Shown here piece after piece: positions 9,594 to 19,739 of a stretch of 64,000 nucleotides of DNA. The notes under the pieces were generated by a model. That model saw nothing but the letters and a program-made list of their open reading frames with translations. It ran no database searches and was not told the DNA's origin. Origin of the DNA: Candidatus Babeliales bacterium (GTDB taxonomy: Bacteria > Babelota > Babeliae > Babelales > JANWKD01); NCBI GenBank assembly GCA_963722255.1, contig CAVRJO010000001.1, forward strand, positions 672,001 through 736,000, written 5' to 3'. Positions within the stretch are counted from its first letter, which is position 1; each line of letters begins with the position of its first letter. Both the position numbers and the translations under genes were made by a program.

Positions 9594-12500
9594 TTAGAGC
9601 GGCGGGAAGGATAAATTTGAAAGATTATTTGGAACTGTACTTGATACATTTGCTAAAAATTGTTGATACGTATTTGTTACGAAAACATAATTAATATCAT
9701 TATTATATGCAGTATTTTGAATAATTAAATTAGTGTTTGACGATGCACTTAATCCTCTTCCTGAAGAAAAGCCAGGCAATCCTGCAGCAAGTGTAGGGCC
9801 TGCAACACCAAATATTTCATTGTTTCTTATTATACCATTTGAAGGGAATATATACGCTAAGAATGTTTCTTCATTAACTGTAGAACCATTAGGATTTGAG
9901 GCTACTGCAATATAACGACCACCTCGTGACCAGCTCACTGCATTATTAGTTGCCCCATGTGTAACATTACTAATTGAAGAAAGTGATGCACCCGTATACT
10001 TTAAAGCACGAATATCAAAGCCTCCTGTACCTGCAGCCCCAACAATTATAGCATATTGCGCATCTGAAGCCCATTTAACACCATTAACATTACCTCCGTG
10101 TGAAAATGATGTTATTGGAACCAATGAAGAACCAGTGAAACTTGCTACTTGAACTTCTGGGCCTGATCCCGTAGTAGCACCAAACAAAATTGTTCTGCCA
10201 TCAAGTGCCCAATTAACACTAGTAACTGCAGGAATTGAAAGTGATGCAACTATTGTTAACGTAGTACCTTTTGAGAACTGTAACACAACTGGTCCGGCAG
10301 CGATAAATTCACTATCCGGTGACCAATCTATTGCCGAAGCTCCAAGATTACCATTTGATGCTACGATATTTAGAGCTGACCCGGTAAACTCAAGAACAAC
10401 TACTTCAGGATCAGGAACTGCTGCAAAAGAACTTTGATTATCTGAATATGCAATAAACTCTCCACTATGAGACCAAGCCATCCCCCCCGTAAATACCAGT
10501 GTTGGCGCAGATGCAACAAAATTCAACGAGCTACCATTAAATTGGTAAACAGAAATTGTTCCCACTGTACCATTATTTACTCCAACTGCTAAATATTGTC
10601 CATCAGGCGACCAGGATACTGCTAAGGGCGTTCCTACAGTAGTCACTGATGCAACTCGAACTAAATCATTACCAACAAATTTAACGACAGCAACATTTGA
10701 TGGTAATGATGCTATTGCAAGAAATTTATCATTCGGAGACCATGCAATAGCTTGAAGAGTAGTAGTTCCGGATAATGATGGCAACCCACCACTCGTTAAT
10801 GTTGTAAATGTATATTGCATTTGAATACCAAATGGTTGTGCATTTGATGTAGTTGTTGAATTACTAATTTGATTGTTCATTATAACATCAGCCTGCTCAG
10901 TTGCACCAATTAGTAGCCCTGTTGCTGTATTTCCAGAAAAAGTTGCTGATGTACTTGTCGCATCAATAATATTATCTTCAAATCTATTATTACCACCTGA
11001 AACTGCACTAATACCAAATGCATTTCCATTAGTTGCTGCAGTATTATTTATCGTAGACATATTAATTATGTTTGAAAAACTATTTATTAAACTAATTCCG
11101 GCACTTGTATTATTTGAAAAAACTGAATTAGATACACTACCATTGCTTGCAGACAATAAGGTAAGACCTGTTCCATTCGCAACAAAATCCGATTCGGTAA
11201 TCGTAAAATTGATTATTGGAGAACCAACCGTACCATTGAAAAATGCACCTATACCAGAAGTACGTATCGTTACATTTTCTAAAATTACATCTGTTATAGT
11301 ATCATTAATTTCAATCCCATTAGCGGTAAAATTAGAAATAACCCCATTTTCAATAAGCACCGTATTTGTTCCAGGTCCCACAGCTATTCCATTTACCCCT
11401 GGTACACTATTTCCTTGAGTAAGTGTGGCACATTGCAAATTTAAGGTAACATTCGAAGCATTAATGGTAATTGCTGATGAAGCTATTAATGGACTAAAAA
11501 CAATATTATTTGCCAGAATATACACACCCGGTTGTGTAATAGTAAATCCTGTAGTATCTACCATAGCTTGCGTGATTAATACTGGAGAACAAACAGTCTG
11601 ATTCAATATAGCATTTAACACAGTAAATGTTCCATTAAAATCTATTGTCAACGTACTCTTAATATCAGTCAATGATGTAAACACACCATTGAAATCTACA
11701 AACGTTTGATTACAGCATGCATTCAATGCAGTAAATGTTCCATTAAAATCTATTGTCAACGTACTCTTAATATCAGTCAATGATGTAAACACACCATTGA
11801 AATCTACAAACGTTTGATTACAGCACGCATTCAATGCAGTGAATGTTCCATTAAAATCTATTGTCAACGTATTCTTAATATCAGTCAATGATGTAAACAC
11901 ACCATTGAAATCTACAAACGTCTGATTACAGCATGCATTCAATGCCGTAAAGGTACCATTAAAATCGGTGGTTATAGTTTGTTTGATATCAGCTAAAATA
12001 GTCCAAGTGAAATCAAAATCGTTTTGAATAGTAGCACAGCAGGTTGTTACCGTTGATTCAATGCTCGTTAACGTAGTATAAACACCAGAAAGATCACACG
12101 ATCCTGTAGAAATAGCAGCGATAGCAGTGAATGTTCCGTTGAAATCAGTGGTTATTGTTGTTTTGATATCATTCAATGTAGTGTAAACGCCTGAGAGATC
12201 ACAAGCGCCAGCGACGATTGCCGCGATTGCAGTGAAGGTGCCATTAAAATCTGTGGTGATAGTTTGTTTGATATCAGCTAAAATAGTCCAAGTGGAATCA
12301 AAATCATTTTGAATAGTAGCACAACAGGTTGTCAACGTATCATTAAGATCCGCTAAAATTGTCCATGTGTTTATAAAATCTGTCGATACCGTCACCTTGA
12401 TATCATTAAGAACTGTAAATGTGCCTTCAAAATCATTTTGAATAGTAGCACAACAGGTTGTCAACGTATCATTCAGGTCCGCCAAGATTGTCCATGTGTT

Positions 12501-13085
12501 TATAAAATCCGTCGATACCGTAATTTTAATATCATTCAAAACCGTAAATACACCCTGAAAGTCTTTTTGAATTATAGCGCAACATTGCACAACAATTTGT
12601 GTCAAACGATTAAGTAGTTGCAGCACTTCAGCAAAATCGCACTCTAAAACAGTACCTACGGGGGCTCCATCGGTATTTCCGGGTGCATCAGGACGCGGTG
12701 CTTTTCCAAATTTTGTTACCTGTATTAACTTTTCAATAACAACCGGTAAAGCTTCTGCCAAATCTTGAACATCTAACAATGTAGCGCCATTTTCTAATTG
12801 TTCATGACAGGTCAAAACACTGTAGGGCAATTCATCAACCGTATTATTTTCACAAGCATCATCAATAACAATCCTTAATAGTTCATCAAGGCGTAACCCC
12901 ATAAGATTTTCCGGGGCAACAAGCATCTGCATCGTAGTATCTTGACTGCTCTTTGATTTAGGTAGAGTTTCGTATCGTTCTCGTTGTGCATTATAAGAAA
13001 TGTGAGTTTTTGATAAAACCGGTTGCAATACAACTGAAATAAGTGCCAACAAAAAGACTTTTTTAGCAAATTTTGTACGATTCAT
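9594..13085 (-). CDS. Large exported protein: Cys-Cys repeat stalk + right-handed beta-helix + WD40-like propeller
   Basis: Signal peptide MNRTKF...; DFNGTFT repeats; ITQPGVYILANNI, NVTLNL, IENGVISNF beta-helix; repeated WSPDGQYLAV-type blades. Confidence 0.85.
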   Translation of the reverse strand: MNRTKFAKKVFLLALISVVLQPVLSKTHISYNAQRERYETLPKSKSSQDTTMQMLVAPENLMGLRLDELLRIVIDDACENNTVDELPYSVLTCHEQLENGATLLDVQDLAEALPVVIEKLIQVTKFGKAPRPDAPGNTDGAPVGTVLECDFAEVLQLLNRLTQIVVQCCAIIQKDFQGVFTVLNDIKITVSTDFINTWTILADLNDTLTTCCATIQNDFEGTFTVLNDIKVTVSTDFINTWTILADLNDTLTTCCATIQNDFDSTWTILADIKQTITTDFNGTFTAIAAIVAGACDLSGVYTTLNDIKTTITTDFNGTFTAIAAISTGSCDLSGVYTTLTSIESTVTTCCATIQNDFDFTWTILADIKQTITTDFNGTFTALNACCNQTFVDFNGVFTSLTDIKNTLTIDFNGTFTALNACCNQTFVDFNGVFTSLTDIKSTLTIDFNGTFTALNACCNQTFVDFNGVFTSLTDIKSTLTIDFNGTFTVLNAILNQTVCSPVLITQAMVDTTGFTITQPGVYILANNIVFSPLIASSAITINASNVTLNLQCATLTQGNSVPGVNGIAVGPGTNTVLIENGVISNFTANGIEINDTITDVILENVTIRTSGIGAFFNGTVGSPIINFTITESDFVANGTGLTLLSASNGSVSNSVFSNNTSAGISLINSFSNIINMSTINNTAATNGNAFGISAVSGGNNRFEDNIIDATSTSATFSGNTATGLLIGATEQADVIMNNQISNSTTTSNAQPFGIQMQYTFTTLTSGGLPSLSGTTTLQAIAWSPNDKFLAIASLPSNVAVVKFVGNDLVRVASVTTVGTPLAVSWSPDGQYLAVGVNNGTVGTISVYQFNGSSLNFVASAPTLVFTGGMAWSHSGEFIAYSDNQSSFAAVPDPEVVVLEFTGSALNIVASNGNLGASAIDWSPDSEFIAAGPVVLQFSKGTTLTIVASLSIPAVTSVNWALDGRTILFGATTGSGPEVQVASFTGSSLVPITSFSHGGNVNGVKWASDAQYAIIVGAAGTGGFDIRALKYTGASLSSISNVTHGATNNAVSWSRGGRYIAVASNPNGSTVNEETFLAYIFPSNGIIRNNEIFGVAGPTLAAGLPGFSSGRGLSASSNTNLIIQNTAYNNDINYVFVTNTYQQFLANVSSTVPNNLSNLSFPPL
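11618..12550 (-). repeat. Coding tandem repeats in the giant protein (about three 108-bp units and two 129-bp units, built on an 18-aa sub-period)
   Basis: GTAAATGTTCCATTAAAATC at 11623 and 11731 (108 bp apart); AAATCATTTTGAATAG at 12301 and 12430 (129 bp apart). Confidence 0.9.
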
Positions 13086-13263
13086 TTTTTCTCCTACTTC
13101 TTTTTTTTTAGTTAACAAACTATCCAGAAAATTAAAAAAAGCAACATTTTTTTCAAGGCTTTAAAAAATAAATTAAAAAAAGCTATACTTGAATAAAAAT
13201 ATTTTCTGTTATACTATTTATTAAAATTAGCATAGCTTTAATAACTATTTTTTGGAAAAATTT

Positions 13264-14013
13264 ATGCATCTATTTAAAATCTTACTTGCAAGCTTCATAC
13301 TTATTTCATCGGCCTTTTCAAGTAAGGCAATGGAACAACGAGAAATAATAGATCTTACCACCGATACTGATATGGAACTCAGTTCTGAATCAATACATAA
13401 GAAGTTAGATAAATTAGAACATTCCATTGTTAGAAAAAATAATCATAATTATGGGCAAAATCTTATAAAACTTATTCGATATTGCGAAGAATGCCTAGGA
13501 AAATATATACTTAATGAAGATTTTTATGATCTTATTGTAAGATTGCAAAGCAGTTATGTAGATGCATTTATCAAATATATACACTTTACTATCCCGGTGG
13601 AGCACAAACCTAAACGAATAAAGCCGTTACTACATCTACAAAATGTTATTGACTTTTGGGACAAGCAAAAATTGAATAACCTTACAAAAAAGGCAATAAA
13701 TAAATTTAATAAAAAACTTAAAGATGCCAAGGAGAGCCGATCTGCAGCAAAAAACAGGAGCTCTCTACTATGGTCAAAATTTACAGGCGATTTTTCCGGT
13801 CAACAACCGAATAATATTCTATCCGTCAACAAAACTACTGCTCCTACAATCGCTAATCAACTACCTCAACTTGACTCATTCGTGCTGCAAAGACCTAGAA
13901 GACCTTCACCCTTAACAAGCAACCCTTATAAGATGAGCCTTGCCTATATAACCGACCAAACTGATTCAGGAATGGATCTAGACTCACGACCTAATACATC
14001 AGAAGAAAATTAA
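13264..14013 (+). CDS. Hypothetical exported protein
   Basis: Signal peptide ending SKA-MEQ; S/P/R-rich C-terminus. Confidence 0.8.
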   Translation: MHLFKILLASFILISSAFSSKAMEQREIIDLTTDTDMELSSESIHKKLDKLEHSIVRKNNHNYGQNLIKLIRYCEECLGKYILNEDFYDLIVRLQSSYVDAFIKYIHFTIPVEHKPKRIKPLLHLQNVIDFWDKQKLNNLTKKAINKFNKKLKDAKESRSAAKNRSSLLWSKFTGDFSGQQPNNILSVNKTTAPTIANQLPQLDSFVLQRPRRPSPLTSNPYKMSLAYITDQTDSGMDLDSRPNTSEEN

Positions 14014-14104
14014 CAACTAAAAACATTTTTAGACAACAAAAAAAATTCTGATATGATTGTTATTAACAAATGAGCTTATGCGACGACTATAAAAAATTCC
14101 AGAG

Positions 14105-14719
14105 ATGCTATTCATGAAGATAAATTTTTGTGCGCTTTTTTTTTGTTTTTTAACGAGTTGTTGCATTAAAGGTATGCAGATAGAGAGCTCGGATCAAAAC
14201 TTTGATGAAGAAGCGCTAAAACGGTTTAATACAAATTCTGCTTTGCGCATAATAAAAGTACTGGAAGAAAAATTTACTCATACGCTCACTCTTGAAGAAT
14301 ATAGCCAATTTAAAAATCTTTGCGCAACATTGCTTAATCCGACGGGAAATTTTTTATACCAACCGGAATTTAGAACAACACTTTGTGAGATTGAACAGTT
14401 TCAAAAAAAGTTAGAAAATCAAATCACTAGACATCATACTACGACACAAATAAAATGCTCTGCAATTTCCAAATACAAATCACATAAAAAACAAACTCGT
14501 TTATATGTTCAATACAAAAAAAAGTCTGCTCTAAGGTTAGCTTCTCTTGAAAAAAAAGCTATTGTAACCTTATCCAAAATGAAAAGAAGTTCGAGCACTA
14601 TAAAAGTTCCTGATGCACATCATGACCGCTATTGGCATCATTTGAAAGATAGAAATACCATGCGAACTAATCTATTATTTCTTTCTGATACGGTTAAGTT
14701 CCATGCTAGTCATGGTTAA
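14105..14719 (+). CDS. Hypothetical exported protein with basic C-terminal half
   Basis: Signal peptide ending IKG-MQI. Confidence 0.78.
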   Translation: MLFMKINFCALFFCFLTSCCIKGMQIESSDQNFDEEALKRFNTNSALRIIKVLEEKFTHTLTLEEYSQFKNLCATLLNPTGNFLYQPEFRTTLCEIEQFQKKLENQITRHHTTTQIKCSAISKYKSHKKQTRLYVQYKKKSALRLASLEKKAIVTLSKMKRSSSTIKVPDAHHDRYWHHLKDRNTMRTNLLFLSDTVKFHASHG

Positions 14720-14875
14720 TTGATAGTCTACAAAATATCTTGCACAAAACCTTTATCCTTTTTATACAATCATATATCTTCTCAAATCAGTTCTTATTAC
14801 AACTCTTGCATTGTAAACAGTGTAATCTATATTGTTATAGAAAAGATAGTTGTCAAATAAAAAAGGAGACTTTTT

Positions 14876-15625
14876 ATGAGAGTTGTAGCATTGCTCAATC
14901 AAAAAGGTGGCGTTGGAAAAACAACAACGACCCTTAATATCGGAGCAGGATTAGCAAATCTAAAAAAAAGAGTTTTACTCATTGATCTAGATCCTCAAGC
15001 GAGCTTGACGCACTCAATAGGCATTGAACAACAAGAAACTTCATCTACCATTTATGAGCTCTTAAAGCAGGAATGCTTATTTGAAGAAGCTGTTATAAAA
15101 AAAAATAATCTTACTATAATTCCATCGTCAATCAGCCTTTCAGGTTTTGAAAAAGAATATGCTTTAATTGAAAATAAAGAATATCTTTTAAAAAAAACTA
15201 TCAAAACATTTCCAAAATATGATTACATTTTGATTGATTGCCCACCAAGCTTAGGCTTTTTAACAATCAACGCTTTAGCAGCTGCACAAGAAGTTATAAT
15301 ACCAGTACAAACGGAATTTTTAGCATTACAAGGATTAAGTCAACTTCTTGATACTATTGCCGTCATTCAATCACACATCAATCCGAAACTAGAAATTTCA
15401 GGCATCATTGGAACACGGTTCAATAGAAGAAAAATGCATAAAGACGTCGTTGAATTTTTGCAAATACATTTTAGAGACATGACCTTCAACACCGTAATTC
15501 GTGAAAATATTGCATTGGCTGAAGCACCAAGCTTTGGCAAAACAATTTATGATCACAATCCATCAAGCAATGGCGCAAAAGATTATAAAAGCTTATGTAA
15601 AGAAATTTTAAAACAAGAACAATAA
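14876..15625 (+). CDS. ParA/Soj-family ATPase
   Basis: NQKGGVGKTTT, LIDLDPQASLT, DYILIDCPPSLG, IRENIALAEAPSFG; AGGAG RBS. Confidence 0.96.
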   Translation: MRVVALLNQKGGVGKTTTTLNIGAGLANLKKRVLLIDLDPQASLTHSIGIEQQETSSTIYELLKQECLFEEAVIKKNNLTIIPSSISLSGFEKEYALIENKEYLLKKTIKTFPKYDYILIDCPPSLGFLTINALAAAQEVIIPVQTEFLALQGLSQLLDTIAVIQSHINPKLEISGIIGTRFNRRKMHKDVVEFLQIHFRDMTFNTVIRENIALAEAPSFGKTIYDHNPSSNGAKDYKSLCKEILKQEQ

Positions 15626-15647
15626 CCATACCTAGGAGAAAAATATA

Positions 15648-15948
15648 ATGAAAAAAGGACTTGGAAGTATTCCAAAAGGGCTTGCGTGGATTAATTCAAA
15701 AAAAGAACCTACAAAAGAGATTCCCAAAAAAAATAGTTCTAGTGCTCGTTCTAAAATAGTTAAAACATCACAACAAGGGCTTAATAGAAGGCTGGACACG
15801 CGCAACATTTATTATCAAACAACATCATTGTGAAAAATTAAAGGCACTAGCTTACTGGGATAGAAAGACGGTCAAAGAAGTTATTGAAGAGGCTCTTCAC
15901 GCTTATCTTAAAAATAAAAAGGTAAAGGCTATTCCTACTAAGAGATAA
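15648..15948 (+). CDS. Small ribbon-helix-helix-type ParA partner (one frameshift near 15782)
   Basis: Second frame reads EGWTRATFIIKQHHCEKLKALAYWDRKTVKEVIEEALHAYL...KR*, a beta-alpha-alpha pattern. Confidence 0.7.
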
Positions 15949-15954
15949 TTTTTT

Positions 15955-16030
15955 TAATTAGGTATTTTGCATGCCACAAATTTTTATTTATAAAGGTATT
16001 GGGCATGCAATACCTTTATAAATAAAAATA
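15955..16030. repeat. AGGTATT-n-AATACCT short hairpin units (REP-like module)
   Basis: TAAAGGTATTGGGCATGCAATACCTTTA; similar units near 19645, 25225, 33518, 62255. Confidence 0.75.
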
Positions 16031-16068
16031 ATCTTTACGGAATAATAATCTTTTATTATCATGTAATC

Positions 16069-17316
16069 ATGATAAACATTTATTACACAAACAATAATAA
16101 TTATAAAAAATTATTTTTTCTTTTCTGCACCGTGATAGCATTCACAGCTCATAACAGAAGTAACGCACTTTGGGTTGATCAAATTGCAGAACCACATATT
16201 TTGCATGAAAATTATCCGGGCTGGCCAATAATAAGTAAAAAAAGAGCTGCAAGCATAAGTGTGCTATTCTCAATCGCAGTAGCTTCTGGACTAAAAGTGG
16301 TACAAATATTTGATGATTATCTTGAAAAAAATGAATCAATTTCTTGGAAAAAAGCTGCTTTTTTTTCATGTTGTTGTATGGGGTGCGACTTCATAATCGG
16401 CTCTCTTATCGGAAGCATCAAAAGAAAAAGAAAATCTATGCAAGATGGGAAAGGACATGTTTATAATGCAACAACTCAAATGCGAGCTAAAAATCATCAT
16501 TTTGCTACCGCGCTGATTCTTCATAACAAAGATATTGCTAAAAAGAAAAATTCATGGCAAAAAATATCATTACGTGGTCTTGTCCAACTAGAGAGCATCG
16601 CATCTCAAACATATGAAAATAGACTCACAAAGTTTCAAAAGAAATGTCCTCGCATTCTTTCATGGCTTATTCCGCCTCAAAAATTTGAAACTGCAGCTTC
16701 ATTTACCTGTAATAACCATGACTTCCCCTTAAGAAAACCAGTTCAAGAAAATTGGTTCAAAGAAAAACTACGCATGCTTTTATCACCTCATTTTCCCAAA
16801 CGCTCTTTATCATTACAAAAAAAAATACAAACTTTAGAAACTATACAATTATTACAAAATCGATTAAATAATAATCCAACGGTAGAGAATATTGGAAACT
16901 TAGAAAAACTTCCTAATGAACTTGTAGAGTATATTTTCAGTTTTGTTAGTAGAAAAGAAATTGATATTACCAATGAAGAATTCTTTGTACATCTTTTGCC
17001 GTATATAACTATACGTGATACAGGCAACCGCCTTATAACTGATGATATTTACATTAATGATGTAAAGTTACCGCTAGATACAAAGCACTTAATTAAAAAA
17101 TTTTACGAGATTAATTTATTATTTCATAATGGCATCTATACAAGAGCTCAACAAACACTCGTTCTTGCAAATAAAATGGTAAAACAATTCAAAGGAAAAA
17201 ACATAACACGAAAAAAATTCATAAAAAAACTAGCTAAAACACTCAACTTACCAAAATCAAACATAACCATAGAGCCACTACATCGTAATGGCTATCATCA
17301 ATTTTTAGTTATCTAA
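16069..17316 (+). CDS. Hypothetical membrane/exported protein with F-box-like motif; paralogue of 18319
   Basis: Shared LESIASQ.YE..LT..QK.CP..LSWLIPPQKFET; LEKLPNELVEYIFSFV. Confidence 0.82.
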   Translation: MINIYYTNNNNYKKLFFLFCTVIAFTAHNRSNALWVDQIAEPHILHENYPGWPIISKKRAASISVLFSIAVASGLKVVQIFDDYLEKNESISWKKAAFFSCCCMGCDFIIGSLIGSIKRKRKSMQDGKGHVYNATTQMRAKNHHFATALILHNKDIAKKKNSWQKISLRGLVQLESIASQTYENRLTKFQKKCPRILSWLIPPQKFETAASFTCNNHDFPLRKPVQENWFKEKLRMLLSPHFPKRSLSLQKKIQTLETIQLLQNRLNNNPTVENIGNLEKLPNELVEYIFSFVSRKEIDITNEEFFVHLLPYITIRDTGNRLITDDIYINDVKLPLDTKHLIKKFYEINLLFHNGIYTRAQQTLVLANKMVKQFKGKNITRKKFIKKLAKTLNLPKSNITIEPLHRNGYHQFLVI

Positions 17317-17320
17317 CTTA

Positions 17321-18247
17321 GAGCCTGTCTGAAAACTAAATTTTTCTGAAAACGATGACTAGACAAGCAAATTGAACTAGCCCAAGAAAGTTTTTAGATA
17401 GCTTGTCATAACGAATGAAAACGCGTCTGAATCGATTCATCCAAGAAAATGTTCTTTGCAACAACCCACCGTATTGGATCTTTATTTGTTGTAACTCGAG
17501 GTTTATTTTTGGGTTTTTTTAATGGCATTACCGGCGTAAAGTTTCGTTTAATAGCTTCTTCCTTATTTTTTTTAGATACGAAGCCCTTGTCAGTGCGAAG
17601 ATAATGATTTCTTGATTGTGGGATTTGATACTGTAAATTATCAATAAGAGGAACAAATAATTGCGTGTCATGTCGATTTCCACCCGCAACGGTAGCGCTA
17701 AGAGGAAGTCCCAATTCTTCAACAACAAGATTTAATTTGGAGCCCAATTTTCTTCTATCAACAGGGCTAATTCCCGTTTTGTCTCCTCCAAGAGGCGCTT
17801 TTTTATGGCATGAATCTATAGATTGATTTTCAAGACGAAGTCCTTTTGTTCGATCATAGTGCATTAAAATTGATTTCCAAATTTTTTGAAAAGCATTTGC
17901 TTTAACTAGTTCTCTAAATCTGTGATAAACGGTTTTTGCTGGACCAAAGCATTTGGGCAGCGCATCCCACTGACATCCTGTCTTGAGTAAATAATATATT
18001 CCTGCTATTAATGGATCATTATCTGAACGTGGTCGACCTATTTTACTTGGTGGCATATAAAGACTGCAATAAAATTATGAAATTCTTGTAAAAGTTCTTT
18101 AGATATGACATATTTTGATGGTATAATTTCTTCGTAATTTAAATGCTTCATATGAAAAAATACTTTCTTTGTTTGTGTAGTAACAACAAGAGGGATTTTA
18201 TTTTTTTTATTTATTTTTTCAACTGCCTTGAGTTTTCAGACAGGCTC
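17321..18247 (-). mobile_element. IS5-family, IS1031-group insertion sequence
   Basis: Perfect 17-bp TIR GAGCCTGTCTGAAAACT; TTA duplicated on both sides; transposase YLLKTGCQWDALPKCFG, IDS, DKGF, RWVV; frameshifts near 18060 and 17460. Confidence 0.95.
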
Positions 18248-18318
18248 TTAATCTTCAATAAGACCTTTATAAATAAAATATTCTTTACGGAGTAATAATC
18301 TTTTATTACCTTGTAATC

Positions 18319-19362
18319 ATGATAAACAATACTTACAAAAAACTATTTTTTCTTTTCTACATTTTGGCATTTCTAGCACCTTCGTACAATAAATGTGCTC
18401 AAGTTACTACAATCAAAGAACTACATATTTTAGATACGAATTGTCCACGCTGGCCTCAAAGAATTATAAGCAAAAGACATGGCCTTGGTGGAATTCTTGC
18501 TCTATCTCTTGCCTTTTTGTGTGAAATAAAATTATTAGGCATCTTCAATGATTGGCTTTATGACAACAAACCAATCGCTTGGACAAAGGCTATTCCTTTT
18601 GCGTGTTGTTCTGTGGGTTGTTTTGCAGGAAGCGTTTTGATGCTTACAGAGTTTTGTGAAAAATTAACCTCCGAAAAGAAAACAAGCCCAATGACCAGTG
18701 GCGCGGGAACAGAAGTTTATTGCTCAAGAATTCATATAAAAAAGTATAAAAAAGATTATCGCTTAAAAGTCTGTGACCCTTACAAAGATAGGAACATGCG
18801 CGAGGTTTCAATAGCAGGAGTTATTATATTAGAAAGTATCGCCTCTCAGTATTATGAACGCAAACTAACAGAACTTCAAAAAGAATGTCCATATCTACTG
18901 TCATGGCTCATACCGCCACAAAAATTTGAAACCGTAGCTTCATTTAAATATCATGGTCATGAATTGAACTTAAGAAGACCTGTTCAAGAGAGTTGGTTTC
19001 GAAAAAAACTACGCACACTTGTATCTCCCAACTTTCCTCAACGTTCTTTGTCGGTACAAGAAAAAATTCTCACGCTTTCAACGGTGCATACGTTACAAAA
19101 AAGAGTCTATGAAAATAAAGAATCGAAAGATATTGGAACTTTAAATAAACTTCCCAATGAAATTTTAGAAATAATTTTTAGCATGGCTTTAGATAAAACC
19201 TCATCAAAAATTAATGTTACCAAAAAAGAGTTTTTTATACATCTTTTACCTTATATATTTGTACGCGATCAAATGAAATACTTCATCACAGATTTTTCAA
19301 ATTATAAAAATGATGTGCAACCACCTGAAGACACCGTAGCATTAGTTAAAAAATTTTATTAA
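18319..19362 (+). CDS. Paralogue of 16069, shorter at the C-terminus, with F-box-like motif
   Basis: Same upstream ~60 bp as 16069; LNKLPNEILEIIFSMAL; ends KKFY* where the paralogue continues. Confidence 0.8.
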   Translation: MINNTYKKLFFLFYILAFLAPSYNKCAQVTTIKELHILDTNCPRWPQRIISKRHGLGGILALSLAFLCEIKLLGIFNDWLYDNKPIAWTKAIPFACCSVGCFAGSVLMLTEFCEKLTSEKKTSPMTSGAGTEVYCSRIHIKKYKKDYRLKVCDPYKDRNMREVSIAGVIILESIASQYYERKLTELQKECPYLLSWLIPPQKFETVASFKYHGHELNLRRPVQESWFRKKLRTLVSPNFPQRSLSVQEKILTLSTVHTLQKRVYENKESKDIGTLNKLPNEILEIIFSMALDKTSSKINVTKKEFFIHLLPYIFVRDQMKYFITDFSNYKNDVQPPEDTVALVKKFY

Positions 19363-19394
19363 GAATTCAATAAAATGATTTTTAATTTTTATAA

Positions 19395-19738
19395 CTGGAT
19401 CCTCGCGCATTCGCTCAGGATGACAGTTTTGCACTTTATTTTTTTTTACAAGGCCACAATGCACCACAAGAGATATTTATATCATTATTTCCTTTAAGCA
19501 CAACCGTTGAAGGCTCTGCAGCATATCCCAGCGGGATATGGGAGGAGCCGCCTTTTGTGCGACAGAGATTCCTAAGATACTTCTTAGGTGTCCTTTTGGT
19601 TTTAGGTATTTTTGACATAAAAATACCTAATTTAAAAAAATGTATTAAAGGCATTGGGCTTACAATATCTTTATAAAAAAAATCTTATTAAAAGGAATTA
19701 GGGTTATAGGGATTTTATAGCAGAAAAATACCTTATAA
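19395..19738 (+). repeat. Mosaic palindromic repeat: CGTC-type half-REP + variant structured repeat (copy G) + AGGTATT hairpins
   Basis: CTGGATCC...CAGGATGAC; 19497-19632 nearly matches the reverse complement of 25268-25402; 19681-19733 matches 25783-25834. Confidence 0.88.
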
Positions 19739-19739
19739 A

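Noticed and set aside
10873..11418. 181-aa plus-strand ORF
   Set aside because: Antisense shadow of the beta-helix region of the giant protein.
11618..12550. CRISPR array
   Set aside because: Units are 108/129 bp, in frame within a long ORF, without unique spacers; no cas genes.
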